Assembly (NCBI GenBank): GCA_963846665.1
Contig: CAWJWW010000002.1
Coordinates: forward strand, 560,733 to 624,732
Reading direction: 5' to 3'
Length of the DNA: 64,000 nt
Source: an uncultured Gaiellaceae bacterium
GTDB lineage: Bacteria; Actinomycetota; Thermoleophilia; Gaiellales; Gaiellaceae
Shown here: one piece after another, positions 1-7,897 of the stretch
Numbering within the stretch: position 1 is the first letter of the stretch
How the letters are laid out: each line of letters begins with the position of its first letter
Notes under the pieces: model-generated
The model's input: the letters and a program-made list of their open reading frames with translations, nothing else
Databases searched by the model: none
What the model was told of the DNA's origin: nothing
Position numbers and translations under genes: made by a program

Positions 1-66
1 GCTGCGTGCAGACGTGAGCTTCAAGGCACATCGCGCGAGTGTGAGCATCATCAGCTGTCTCACGAG

Positions 67-940
67 GTGCACTGCCCGCGGCGCGCGCAAGACGCCAGAG
101 CACGCGCGATCGCGTACAGCCGGCACCTGAACAAGCTGATCGACCACCTCGAGCGGTCGAAGCCGGATCCGGACGTGCGGGAGGTGACGGTGAACGACTG
201 CCGCACGTTCCTCGACAAGCTGGATCGACAGCGTCACCGTCGACCCTCTGCACGGTGCACAGCGCGATGATGGGGCTCTTCGAGTGGCTGTACCTCGAAG
301 GCGAGATCGACGCGAACCCGATGCTGCGGGTCGCGCGTCCACGCCGGCAGCGGCCCGAGGACGTGACGGTGGTCACGGTCACGCGCGCGGAGGTCGAGCG
401 GATGCTGGCCGGCACGAGGGCTGGCAGGAGTTCCTCTGCCTGACGATGCTCGCCTACACGGGTGTCCGTCGCGATGCGGCGAGTCGGCTGCGCTGGAAGG
501 ACGTCGACCTCGACGCCGGCACGTGCGCCTTCCGCGACAAGGGCAGCAAGTACGCCGAGTCAAGCCGCTGCCGTACGATCTGGTGCGATCCTGAACGCCG
601 CGCGTGAGTCAGGCGATCTCGCCTGCCGGCCGAACGACTACGTGATCCCGAATCGGCGCGGCGGCGACCGTGCGTCGAGCCGAGCGCTCGCAACAAGGTG
701 ATCTGGAGACACGGTCGTCGATCGTGGCCGAGCGGGTCGGCGTCGATCGCGACCGCCCACGCGCTGCGTCGAGCCTTCGCGGTCGCCTTCCTGAGAGCGC
801 ATCCGGGCGCGATCGAATCGCTCCAGGCGCTGATGAATCACTCGCGCGATCGACACGACGCAGGTGTACCTCCGAGCGCTCAATCAAGTCGAAGGCGATG
901 GAGGCGGTGCGAGACCTGCGTTGGGGCTCCAGGTTTCAGT
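67..940 (+). pseudogene. tyrosine recombinase / phage-type integrase, frame-disrupted
   Basis: Integrase-like peptide segments are split over three + frames (ORFs 67-270, 255-443, 284-607, 698-1087). Examples: GLFEWLYLEGEIDANP, LAYTGVRRDAASRLRWKDVDLD, AHALRRAFAVAFL, ALMNHS..DTTQVY. The gene points at the 3' end of tRNA-Glu and ends just short of it. Both ends are approximate. Confidence 0.7.
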
Positions 941-954
941 GGAGAACGCAGAGA

Positions 955-1027
955 AGGCCCATACGGGATTCGAACCCGTGCCGCCGCCGTGAGAGGGCGG
1001 TGTCCTAGGCCACTAGACGAATGGGCC
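955..1027 (-). tRNA. tRNA-Glu (anticodon CUC)
   Basis: The reverse complement GGCCCAT-TC-GTC..GAC-A-CCGCC-CTCTCAC-GGCGG-CGGC-ACGGG-TTCGAAT-CCCGT-ATGGGCC-T folds by hand into a cloverleaf. The anticodon loop reads C-U-CUC-A-C. Confidence 0.85.
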
Positions 1028-1084
1028 GTGCAGCGGCGCAGTGTAGCGAAACCCGTTCCCGCCTCAGCACGGGAGGGGCGGACG

Positions 1085-1090
1085 TAGAGT
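1085..1090 (+). promoter_or_regulatory. -10-like hexamer TAGAGT, 7 nt upstream of the TetR GTG (leaderless-type layout)
   Basis: TAGAGT-cccgggc-GTG(1098) read directly. No Shine-Dalgarno sequence lies between them. Confidence 0.45.
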
Positions 1091-1097
1091 CCCGGGC

Positions 1098-1697
1098 GTG
1101 ACGGCGACCGACGACCGCGTGCGCGAGAAGCGCCGCCTGATCCTGCGCGCGGCGATCACCGTGTTCGCGCGCAAGGGCTACCACGCGAGCAAGGTCAGCG
1201 AGATCGCGACCGAGGCCGGCGTCGCCTACGGGCTCGTCTACCACTACTTCGGGTCGAAGGAGGCGCTGCTCGAGACGATCTTCCAGCGGACCTGGCGGCG
1301 GATGCTCGAGGCCGTCGAGGCGGTCGAGGCGGCCGGCGGCACCGCCCAGGAGCAGATCGCCGGGGTGGCGGAGATCGTCCTCGGCGCCTGGGAGGCCGAC
1401 CCGGAGCTGATCGGCGTCCTCGTCCGCGAGGTCGCGCGCGGGCCGCAGCTGCAGCAGGAGGTGGACGAGATCGGGCACGCCTTCGCCGCGCTCGAGCGGA
1501 TCGTCGTCCGCGGCCAGGAGCGGGGCGAGCTCGACCGCGACGCTCGAGCCGCGCCTCGCCGCCTGGGTGCTCTACGGCGCCCTCGAGGAGATCCTCACCG
1601 GTTGGACGTTCCAGCAGCTGACTCGACTCCGGACGACGTCCGGCGCGCCAAGGACGCAGTCGTCCGCATCCTTTCCCGCGGAATGGCGGCCGACTGA
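1098..1697 (+). CDS. TetR/AcrR family transcriptional regulator
   Basis: N-terminal HTH region RILRAAITVFARKGYHASKVSEIATEAGVAYGLVYHYFGSKEALL. Residues ~150-175 read better in another frame (EPRLAAWVLYGALEEILTGWTFQQL), suggesting a compensating indel pair near 1545 and 1625. Confidence 0.85.
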   Translation: MTATDDRVREKRRLILRAAITVFARKGYHASKVSEIATEAGVAYGLVYHYFGSKEALLETIFQRTWRRMLEAVEAVEAAGGTAQEQIAGVAEIVLGAWEADPELIGVLVREVARGPQLQQEVDEIGHAFAALERIVVRGQERGELDRDARAAPRRLGALRRPRGDPHRLDVPAADSTPDDVRRAKDAVVRILSRGMAAD

Positions 1698-1795
1698 TTC
1701 ATCAGTCAATTGCGATTGACATATCAGTCAATTGCAACGCATAACGTTCTGATTTTCGGGCTACAATGGCCGGCGTTAAGCACACGCTGATTTTC
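1694..1795. promoter_or_regulatory. AT-rich repeat-dense control region (candidate TetR operators and promoter) upstream of the secreted-protein gene
   Basis: Palindromes CTGAT-TC-ATCAG (1694-1705) and GTCAAT-TGCG-ATTGAC. Direct repeat ATCAGTCAATTGC x2 (1702-1714, 1723-1735) and CTGATTTTC x2 (1748-1756, 1786-1794). TTGACA and TACAAT hexamers are present, and AGGAGGA lies 4 nt before ATG 1814. Confidence 0.5.
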
Positions 1796-1813
1796 CCGAC
1801 TTCAGGAGGATTC

Positions 1814-3106
1814 ATGCGTTTTCGCCACTTGCTGGCCCTTGCAGCTCTCGCCGTGGGGCTCCTGCCCGGAAGCGGGGTCGCAGCGACCCCGACGGCCGGT
1901 GCGGTCTCGTCCGCGACGACGACGACGAGCTGGACCGGCGGGCCGTTCGTCACGTCGAACCCCTCGGGGCTCTGCGTCGCGCCCGACCCCGCCTGCGACA
2001 CCTATGCGCTCTCGATCACCGCTCCCGCGAGCGGCGACTTCACCGTCGAGATCGCGATCACGCCCTCGAGCGAGGGCGACGACTACGACCTCTCGGTCGC
2101 CGGCCCGGACGGGAAGACGGTCGCGAGCTCGGCCAGCTCCGGCGGCCATGAGTCCGTCACGCTCACGAACCCGGCGACGGGCACGTACCTCGTCCGCACC
2201 CTGGCGTGGCTCGTCGCTCCGGGCGGCACCTACAGCGGCACCGCGACCCTGAAGTCGGGGACGGCGCCCCAGGCGCCCACCGGCTCCGTGCTCTACACCT
2301 ACGACACGAAGGCGCCGCAGGCCAAGGCCCAGGTGCCGCTCCGCGTGATCGCCGTCGGCTTCAAGCCCGGCGAGCTCGACGAGTCGACGGTGCTCGGCCA
2401 GATCCCGACGAGCCAGCGGCCCGGCGTGATCATCCCGCGCGGCAAGAACCCGAGCGGCGACAACGGCACGCTGTTCGGCCTCGAGACGCTCGTCAACCAC
2501 GGGCGGCGCTACTACGACAGCTCGACGCCGTTCCTCGTCCCCTACGAGTACGACTGGAAGCCGCAGCTCGTCTACGCGTCCGACGCCTTCGCGAACGGGC
2601 TCTTCGCCGCGATGGCCGCCAACTCGACGACCGGCGAGTTCTCGAACTCGCGCAACCGCGCGTTCATCGAGACCTACAACACCTCGCGCGGTGCCTATCG
2701 CGGCGCCGGGAAGCTCGTGGCTCCGAACGCTCCCGTCCGCTTCGTGGACGGCGAGAAGACCGAGGACTGGATCGCGGCCAACGCGCCGTCGCTCCTCGGC
2801 TTCGACTTCGCCGCCCGCGGCAAGGGGCCGGGCAAGGACTTCGGCTACACGGTCTTCCTGATCAACTCGTGGGACTCGCCGCAGGCGGTCTCGCAGCTGA
2901 AGCCCGAGCACGAGTACCACGTCTGGAAGATCAACCGGACCGATCCCGACACGGGCGACTTCGACGGGATCGACTGGGCCCGCGTCTGGGGCGGCCGCTA
3001 CCGCTTCATGATGGTCGACTCCGGCGCCGCGCCGAACCCGTACGAGGCCGAGACGTGGGGTAACCGGAACCGTTCGGTCTACGGCTCCGCGATCGCCGCC
3101 GGCTGA
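1814..3106 (+). CDS. secreted hypothetical protein with N-terminal pre-peptidase-C-terminal (PPC)-like domain
   Basis: SD AGGAGGA precedes ATG 1814. Signal peptide MRFRHLLALAALAVGLLPGSGVAA. The stretch CDTYALSITAPASGDFTVEI..DDYDLSVAGPDGK..GTYLVR resembles PPC/bacterial pre-peptidase domains. The rest has no family I can name. Confidence 0.6.
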   Translation: MRFRHLLALAALAVGLLPGSGVAATPTAGAVSSATTTTSWTGGPFVTSNPSGLCVAPDPACDTYALSITAPASGDFTVEIAITPSSEGDDYDLSVAGPDGKTVASSASSGGHESVTLTNPATGTYLVRTLAWLVAPGGTYSGTATLKSGTAPQAPTGSVLYTYDTKAPQAKAQVPLRVIAVGFKPGELDESTVLGQIPTSQRPGVIIPRGKNPSGDNGTLFGLETLVNHGRRYYDSSTPFLVPYEYDWKPQLVYASDAFANGLFAAMAANSTTGEFSNSRNRAFIETYNTSRGAYRGAGKLVAPNAPVRFVDGEKTEDWIAANAPSLLGFDFAARGKGPGKDFGYTVFLINSWDSPQAVSQLKPEHEYHVWKINRTDPDTGDFDGIDWARVWGGRYRFMMVDSGAAPNPYEAETWGNRNRSVYGSAIAAG

Positions 3107-3767
3107 TGGCGAGCGGCTCGTCCCGCTCGACTACGAGCGGCCGGAAGAGCAGGAGCAGGTCCGCGCCTCGGCTGGGTTTCTCTCCCGGCTGCGGCGGCGC
3201 CGCTCGGTGCGGCAGTTCTCCACGGAGCCCGTCCCCCGCGAGCTGATCGAGAACGCGATCGCCGCCGCGGGCACCGCACCGTCGGGTGCCCACCAGCAGC
3301 CGTGGACGTTCGTCGCGGTCACCGACCCCGAGCTGAAGCGGCGCCTCCGCGCCGCCGCCGAGGAGGAGGAGCGGCGCAACTACGACGGCCGCATGTCCGA
3401 CGAGTGGCTGCAGGCGCTGGCGCCGCTCGGTACCGACGCCGTCAAGCCGCACCTCGAGGACGCGCCCTACGTGCTCGTCGTCTTCGAGCAGGTCTACGGC
3501 CTCGCAGAGGACGGCGCCAAGGTCAAGCACTACTACGCCCGCGAGTCGGTCGGGATCGCGGTCGGGCTCCTGCTCGCGAGCCTGCACGAGGCCGGGCTCG
3601 TCGCGCTCACCCACACGCCGAGCCCGATGGGCTTCGTCCGCGAGCTGCTGGAACGGCCCGCGAACGAGCGCCCGTTCTGCGTGATCCCCGTCGGCTACCC
3701 GGCTGAGGGCTGCACCGTCCCCGACCTCGCCCGCAAGCCGCTCGAGGAGATCGCGGTCTGGCGCTGA
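3106..3767 (+). pseudogene. nitroreductase family protein (iodotyrosine-deiodinase-like); start out of frame by one base
   Basis: RRSVRQFSTEPVPRELIENAIAAAGTAPSGAHQQPWTFVAV..YVLVVFEQ. The open frame extends upstream to LVPLDYERPEEQ with no in-frame start. ATG 3106 becomes in-frame if one G is restored (atgG|gcgag). Confidence 0.75.
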
Positions 3768-4375
3768 CCCTCTACCGGATCCCGTTCTCGACCAACGTCG
3801 AGCGGGTCGCGCTGGCAGCGGCGCACAAGGGGCTCGAGGTCGAGTCGGTCTGGATCGACCCGGCCGACCGGAGCGAGGTCGTCCGCGTCTCGGGCCAGGA
3901 CCTGCTGCCGGTCGTCGTCCTCGACGGCGAGGTGCTCGTCGACTCGCCGCTGATCCTGGAGACGCTCGAGGCCCGCTTCCCCGAGCCGCCGCTCCTCCCG
4001 GCCGATCCGGCGGCACGCGCGGGGATCCGCGTCTTCTGCGACTGGTTCAACCGCGTCTGGAAGCGGCCGCCGAACGACTACGTCGCCGAGGAGACGAAGG
4101 CGAGCCCGGACGCGGAGCGGCTCACGGCGCTCGGCGCCGCGGTGACCGGCTCGCTAGCGCTCTTCGACGACCTGCTCGCGGGGCGCGACTTCCTCTTCGG
4201 CGAGCTCTCCCTCGCCGACGTGACCGCGTTCCCGTTCCTCAAGTACGCCGTCCTCTGGGAGGACGGGGATCCCGATCGCTTCCACGAGGTCCTCCGCGAC
4301 CACCTCCGGCTCGACGGCCGGTTCGGCCGGCTCGAGGCCTGGATCCACCGAGTCGACGGGCTGCCGCGGGCCTAG
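3764..4375 (+). CDS. glutathione S-transferase family protein
   Basis: The frame reads LTLYRIPFSTNVERVALAAAHKGLEVESVWIDP..LLPVVVLDGEVLVDSPLILETLE (thioredoxin-like GST N-domain) followed by a helical C-domain. There is no ATG/GTG/TTG before 3932, so CTG 3764 (overlapping the upstream TGA) is a guess. Confidence 0.7.
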   Translation: MTLYRIPFSTNVERVALAAAHKGLEVESVWIDPADRSEVVRVSGQDLLPVVVLDGEVLVDSPLILETLEARFPEPPLLPADPAARAGIRVFCDWFNRVWKRPPNDYVAEETKASPDAERLTALGAAVTGSLALFDDLLAGRDFLFGELSLADVTAFPFLKYAVLWEDGDPDRFHEVLRDHLRLDGRFGRLEAWIHRVDGLPRA

Positions 4376-4633
4376 CTCGTGCTCGCGCGCGTCGAGCCGG
4401 CGCTCGAGCTGCAGCCGGAGCTTCTCGCCGTCCGCGAGCACGTCGTCGTAGCGCTTCCGGCGCGGCGGCAGCTTGACGATCCGGACGTCCGGCGACGCGC
4501 GTCCCGTGGCAGCGCTCGTACGCACTCGCCTCGTCGAAGGGCGCTGGGGCGTTGCGGCGTCCCGGCAGTCGCATGGGGAGGATGTAATCACGCCCGGGCC
4601 CGGCCGGTCATCCCCGTTTCGGGCGGAGACGAG

Positions 4634-4659
4634 AAAAAGGCCCCTGAGCGGGGCCTTTT
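4634..4659. terminator. bidirectional intrinsic-terminator-like hairpin
   Basis: AAAAA-GGCCCC-TGAGC-GGGGCC-TTTT lies immediately 3' of tRNA-Gln on the minus strand. Confidence 0.6.
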
Positions 4660-4663
4660 CGAG

Positions 4664-4734
4664 CTGCGGGACTAGGATTCGAACCTAGATAGCTGGCGCC
4701 AGAAGCCAGAGTCCTACCGTTAGACGATCCCGCA
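4664..4734 (-). tRNA. tRNA-Gln (anticodon CUG)
   Basis: The reverse complement TGCGGGA-TC-GTCT..GGAC-T-CTGGC-TTCTGGC-GCCAG-CTAT-CTAGG-TTCGAAT-CCTAG-TCCCGCA-G folds as a cloverleaf. It has the U1:A72 pair and G73 typical of tRNA-Gln. Confidence 0.8.
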
Positions 4735-4763
4735 ACGGCGACCAGTTTAGCCACAAACGCGGA

Positions 4764-5654
4764 TCAGGTTTCCAGCTTGTAGACCTCGACGAGCCGCTTT
4801 TCGGCGTCGGTGTCGATGTGCGCGATCACCTCGACGTAGGGCTCGAGGCCCGACCCACGCAGCTTCGCCTTCAGCAGGCCGTCGACCTGGAAGAGCCCGG
4901 AGGAGTTGTTCATCACGATCTCGATCCGGACGGGATGCGTCTCGCCGTCGCCGATCGAGACGTCGTCGATCGCGGCGGCCGAGAGCGAGTGCATCGAGAC
5001 GCGGCCGCGCTCGAACGGGATCCGCGAGCGGCCCTCGGCCATGTCGAGCGCGTCGGCGACGCGGAGGATCCCGGCCTCGAGCGCGAGCGGCTGCCCGTCG
5101 GAGCGGTGGCTCGTGATCGCCTGCAGGACCTCGGAGATCACCACGGTCAGCTCGGGCTCCTCGTAGAGGCCGGCGAGCAGCTCGCGCATCTTCGGCTCCG
5201 CCAGGAAGAGCGAGAAGTCCTCGTGCCCGTGCCGGTGCACCGACATCCCGATGCAATGGAGGAGCGCCGAGAGGGTGACGACGACCTCCGCGTCCTCGCG
5301 GCTCATCCCGTAGTCGCGCACCATCGACGGCTCGACGCCGTGCTTGAAGAGCTGCCGGAGGATCTTCAGCGCGATGTTCGCGACGATCTGGATGTGCACC
5401 CAGGAGTGGTCGTTGATCTCCATCCGGGCGACCGCGTTCACGTTCGAGACGTGCCACCAGGCCTTCAGCTGCCGGTCGCCGTCGACACGGTCCATCAGCT
5501 TGCGCAGCTTCTTGTTGCCGCGGACCGGCAGGTTCAGGTGCATCTTCTCGATCGCCTCTGCGGGCGTCAGCCGGATCTCGTTCCGAGCCTCCTCCGAGAC
5601 GGGCTCGGCGATCCGCTCCTCGATCTCGGGATCGAGCTGCTCCTCGTCGCTCAC
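4764..5654 (-). CDS. HD-domain metal-dependent phosphohydrolase
   Basis: C-terminal part of the long minus ORF: SWVHIQIVANIALKI..LSALLHCIGMSVHRHGHEDFS..RVADALDM. GTG 5654 is preceded by GAGGA and overlaps the upstream gene stop (GTGA). Confidence 0.75.
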   Translation of the reverse strand: MSDEEQLDPEIEERIAEPVSEEARNEIRLTPAEAIEKMHLNLPVRGNKKLRKLMDRVDGDRQLKAWWHVSNVNAVARMEINDHSWVHIQIVANIALKILRQLFKHGVEPSMVRDYGMSREDAEVVVTLSALLHCIGMSVHRHGHEDFSLFLAEPKMRELLAGLYEEPELTVVISEVLQAITSHRSDGQPLALEAGILRVADALDMAEGRSRIPFERGRVSMHSLSAAAIDDVSIGDGETHPVRIEIVMNNSSGLFQVDGLLKAKLRGSGLEPYVEVIAHIDTDAEKRLVEVYKLET

Positions 5655-6092
5655 GGCGTCCTCACGACGACGCTGTGCGCGAGCTTGTCGTGCCAGCGTC
5701 TGCCGGCGGCTGTCGCGGAGGGGCCAGAGGTGGTCGAGGATCCCGGGGACGAGCCAGAGCGCCCAGAAGATGCTCGTCGTCACCCAGCGGAGGAACGCGC
5801 GGCGGTAGCCGATCCGGCCGCCGCCGCCCGCGTCCACGACCGCGATCCGGAAGGCCATCTTGCCGAGCGTCTGGTTCCGGCTGCCGATCATCAGGGTGTC
5901 GTACAGAGCCTCCGGGACGACGAAGAAGAGCAGGGCGACCATACCGCTTCCCGAGAGGGCCTCCTCGTTCAGCTCGGCAGGCGAGACGCCGCCCGCGACC
6001 GCCGCGAACGAGATCGTCAGGGCCAGGATCACGCCGTCGAGGAGAAGGGCGCCGGCGCGGCGGCCCCAGCTGGCGAGCGGGAGCGCGGTCAC
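5651..6092 (-). pseudogene. RDD family membrane protein (one frameshift near its 3' end)
   Basis: ASWGRRAGALLLDGVILAL...RIGYRRAFLRWV..LWPLRDSRRQTL. After ~5690 the expected C-terminus HDKLAHSVVVRTP-stop is one base out of frame. As given, the gene runs into the HD gene with no stop. Confidence 0.7.
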
Positions 6093-7897
6093 GCGACCTC
6101 GGCCGCCCAGTCGCCGTAGAGGCGGGTGTAGAGGCCGCGGCGGGCGAGCAGCTCCTCGTGCGTGCCCTGCTCGACGACGACGCCGTGCTCGAGCACCACG
6201 ATCAGGTCGGCGTCGCGGATCGTCGAGAGCCGGTGGGCGATCACGAAGGCGGTGCGGCCCTCGAGGAGGGTGCGGAGCGCCTGCTCGATCTGGCGCTCGG
6301 TGCCGATGTCCACCGACGAGGTCGCCTCGTCGAGGATCAGGATCCGCGGGTCGGCGAGCAGGGCCCGCGCGAACGCGACGAGCTGCCGCTGCCCGAGCGA
6401 GAGCCGGGTGCCGCGCTCGCCGAGCTGCGTCTCGTAGCCGGCCTCCAGGTCGTCGATGAACCGGTCGGCTCCCACGGTCCGCGCCGCTGCGACGATCTCG
6501 GCGTGCGGAGCGTCCGGCCGGGCGAACGCGATGTTCTCCGAGACCGTGCCGCCGAAGAGGAAGCCCTCCTGCGGCACGATCCCGAGCTGCCGGCGGAGCG
6601 AGCCCTGCGTGACCGTGCGGAGGTCGTGCCCGTCGATCAGGAGCGCGCCCTCGGTCGGGTCGTAGAACCGGGCCAGCAGCTTGGCGATCGTCGACTTGCC
6701 CGCGCCGGTGTGGCCGACGAGCGCGACCGTGGTGCCTGCCGGCACGTCGAGGTCGAGCCCGTGCAGCACCTCGGGGAACTCCGGCCCGTAGCCGAACCGG
6801 ACGCCGGAGAACCGAACGTTCCCTTCGATTCGCGGCAGCGCGGACGCGCCCGGCTCGTCCACCACCTGTGGCCGCTCGTCGAGCACGCCGACGATCTTGT
6901 CCAGCGCGGCGATCGCGGCGAGGAACGTGTTGTAGAGCTGCGAGAGCTGCTGAACCGGGTCGAAGAAATTCGAGACGTAGAGCGCGAACGCGAACAGCGT
7001 CCCGGTGCTCATCTGGTCGTGGTAGACGAGCCAGCCGCCGTAGCCGAAGACGATCGCCGTCGCGGCCGACGCGAGCAGGTCGACCGCCGGGAAGTAGATC
7101 GCGTTCAGGATCGTCGTCTCGTAGTTCGCGTCCCGGTAGCGGGAGTTGACCCCCTGGAACGCCTCCTCCTGGACGGGCTCGCGGGTGAACGACTGGACGA
7201 CGCGCATCCCGGCGATGTCTTCGGCGAGCGTCGCGGTGACGAGGCCGAGGCGCTCCCGCACGTTCCGGTACGCGCGGTTCGAGCGAGTCCGGAACCAGGC
7301 GGTGGCGAGCGCCATCAGGGGCAGGACCGTCAGCGTCGCGAGCGCGAGCCGCCAGTCGAGGAAAAAGAGGACGACCGCTGTCCCGAGCAGGAGCAAGGTG
7401 TTCTGGACGAGGCTCGTGACGCCGTCCGTGACGAGCTGGTCGAGCGCCTCGACGTCGTTCGTGATCCGGCTGATGATCACGCCGGCCCGGTTCCGCTCGT
7501 AGAAGCCGAGCGAGAGGCGCTCGAGGTGCGCGAAGAGTGCGTTTCGGAGGTCGGCGAGCACCCGCTCGCCCGTCCAGCCCGTCAGGTACGTGTTCGCTCC
7601 CGAGAAGCCGAGGGCCACGACCGCGGCGCCGAGGAAGAGGATCACGATCGTGGTCAGCCGGGCGAGGTCGCGGCTCTGGATCCCCTCGTCGATCGCGAGC
7701 TTGGCGAGGTACGGCGGCGCCAGCGCGACCAGGGTGTACGCGAGCAGCGTCACGAGTGCGAGCCCCGTGCGCGTCTTGTAGGGGAGCGTCAGCCCGACGA
7801 GCAGCCCGACCCGGCGTCGGGTCCGCTGCCACGACCAGTCGCGCACCTCGCCGCCCCGCTCCTCGGAGAGGTGGCCTCCCGGCTGCCAGACCTTCAC
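6089..7897 (-). CDS. ABC transporter ATP-binding/permease (exporter half-transporter)
   Basis: 602 aa. An N-terminal 6-TM domain is followed by Walker A GHTGAGKST, signature LSLGQRQ and Walker B ILILDEATS. Confidence 0.9.
   Translation of the reverse strand: MKVWQPGGHLSEERGGEVRDWSWQRTRRRVGLLVGLTLPYKTRTGLALVTLLAYTLVALAPPYLAKLAIDEGIQSRDLARLTTIVILFLGAAVVALGFSGANTYLTGWTGERVLADLRNALFAHLERLSLGFYERNRAGVIISRITNDVEALDQLVTDGVTSLVQNTLLLLGTAVVLFFLDWRLALATLTVLPLMALATAWFRTRSNRAYRNVRERLGLVTATLAEDIAGMRVVQSFTREPVQEEAFQGVNSRYRDANYETTILNAIYFPAVDLLASAATAIVFGYGGWLVYHDQMSTGTLFAFALYVSNFFDPVQQLSQLYNTFLAAIAALDKIVGVLDERPQVVDEPGASALPRIEGNVRFSGVRFGYGPEFPEVLHGLDLDVPAGTTVALVGHTGAGKSTIAKLLARFYDPTEGALLIDGHDLRTVTQGSLRRQLGIVPQEGFLFGGTVSENIAFARPDAPHAEIVAAARTVGADRFIDDLEAGYETQLGERGTRLSLGQRQLVAFARALLADPRILILDEATSSVDIGTERQIEQALRTLLEGRTAFVIAHRLSTIRDADLIVVLEHGVVVEQGTHEELLARRGLYTRLYGDWAAEVA

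Noticed and set aside
4376-4633. Small minus-strand ORF(s) (4154-4591 and 4239-4574), e.g. ..PDVRIVKLPPRRKRYDDVLADGEKLRLQLERRLDAREHE.
   Set aside because: One stretch looks protein-like, but it needs a frameshift to reach a start and has no SD or TANNNT signal. Its 3' part overlaps the GST gene in antisense, and it resembles nothing I can name. The evidence is too weak for a feature call.
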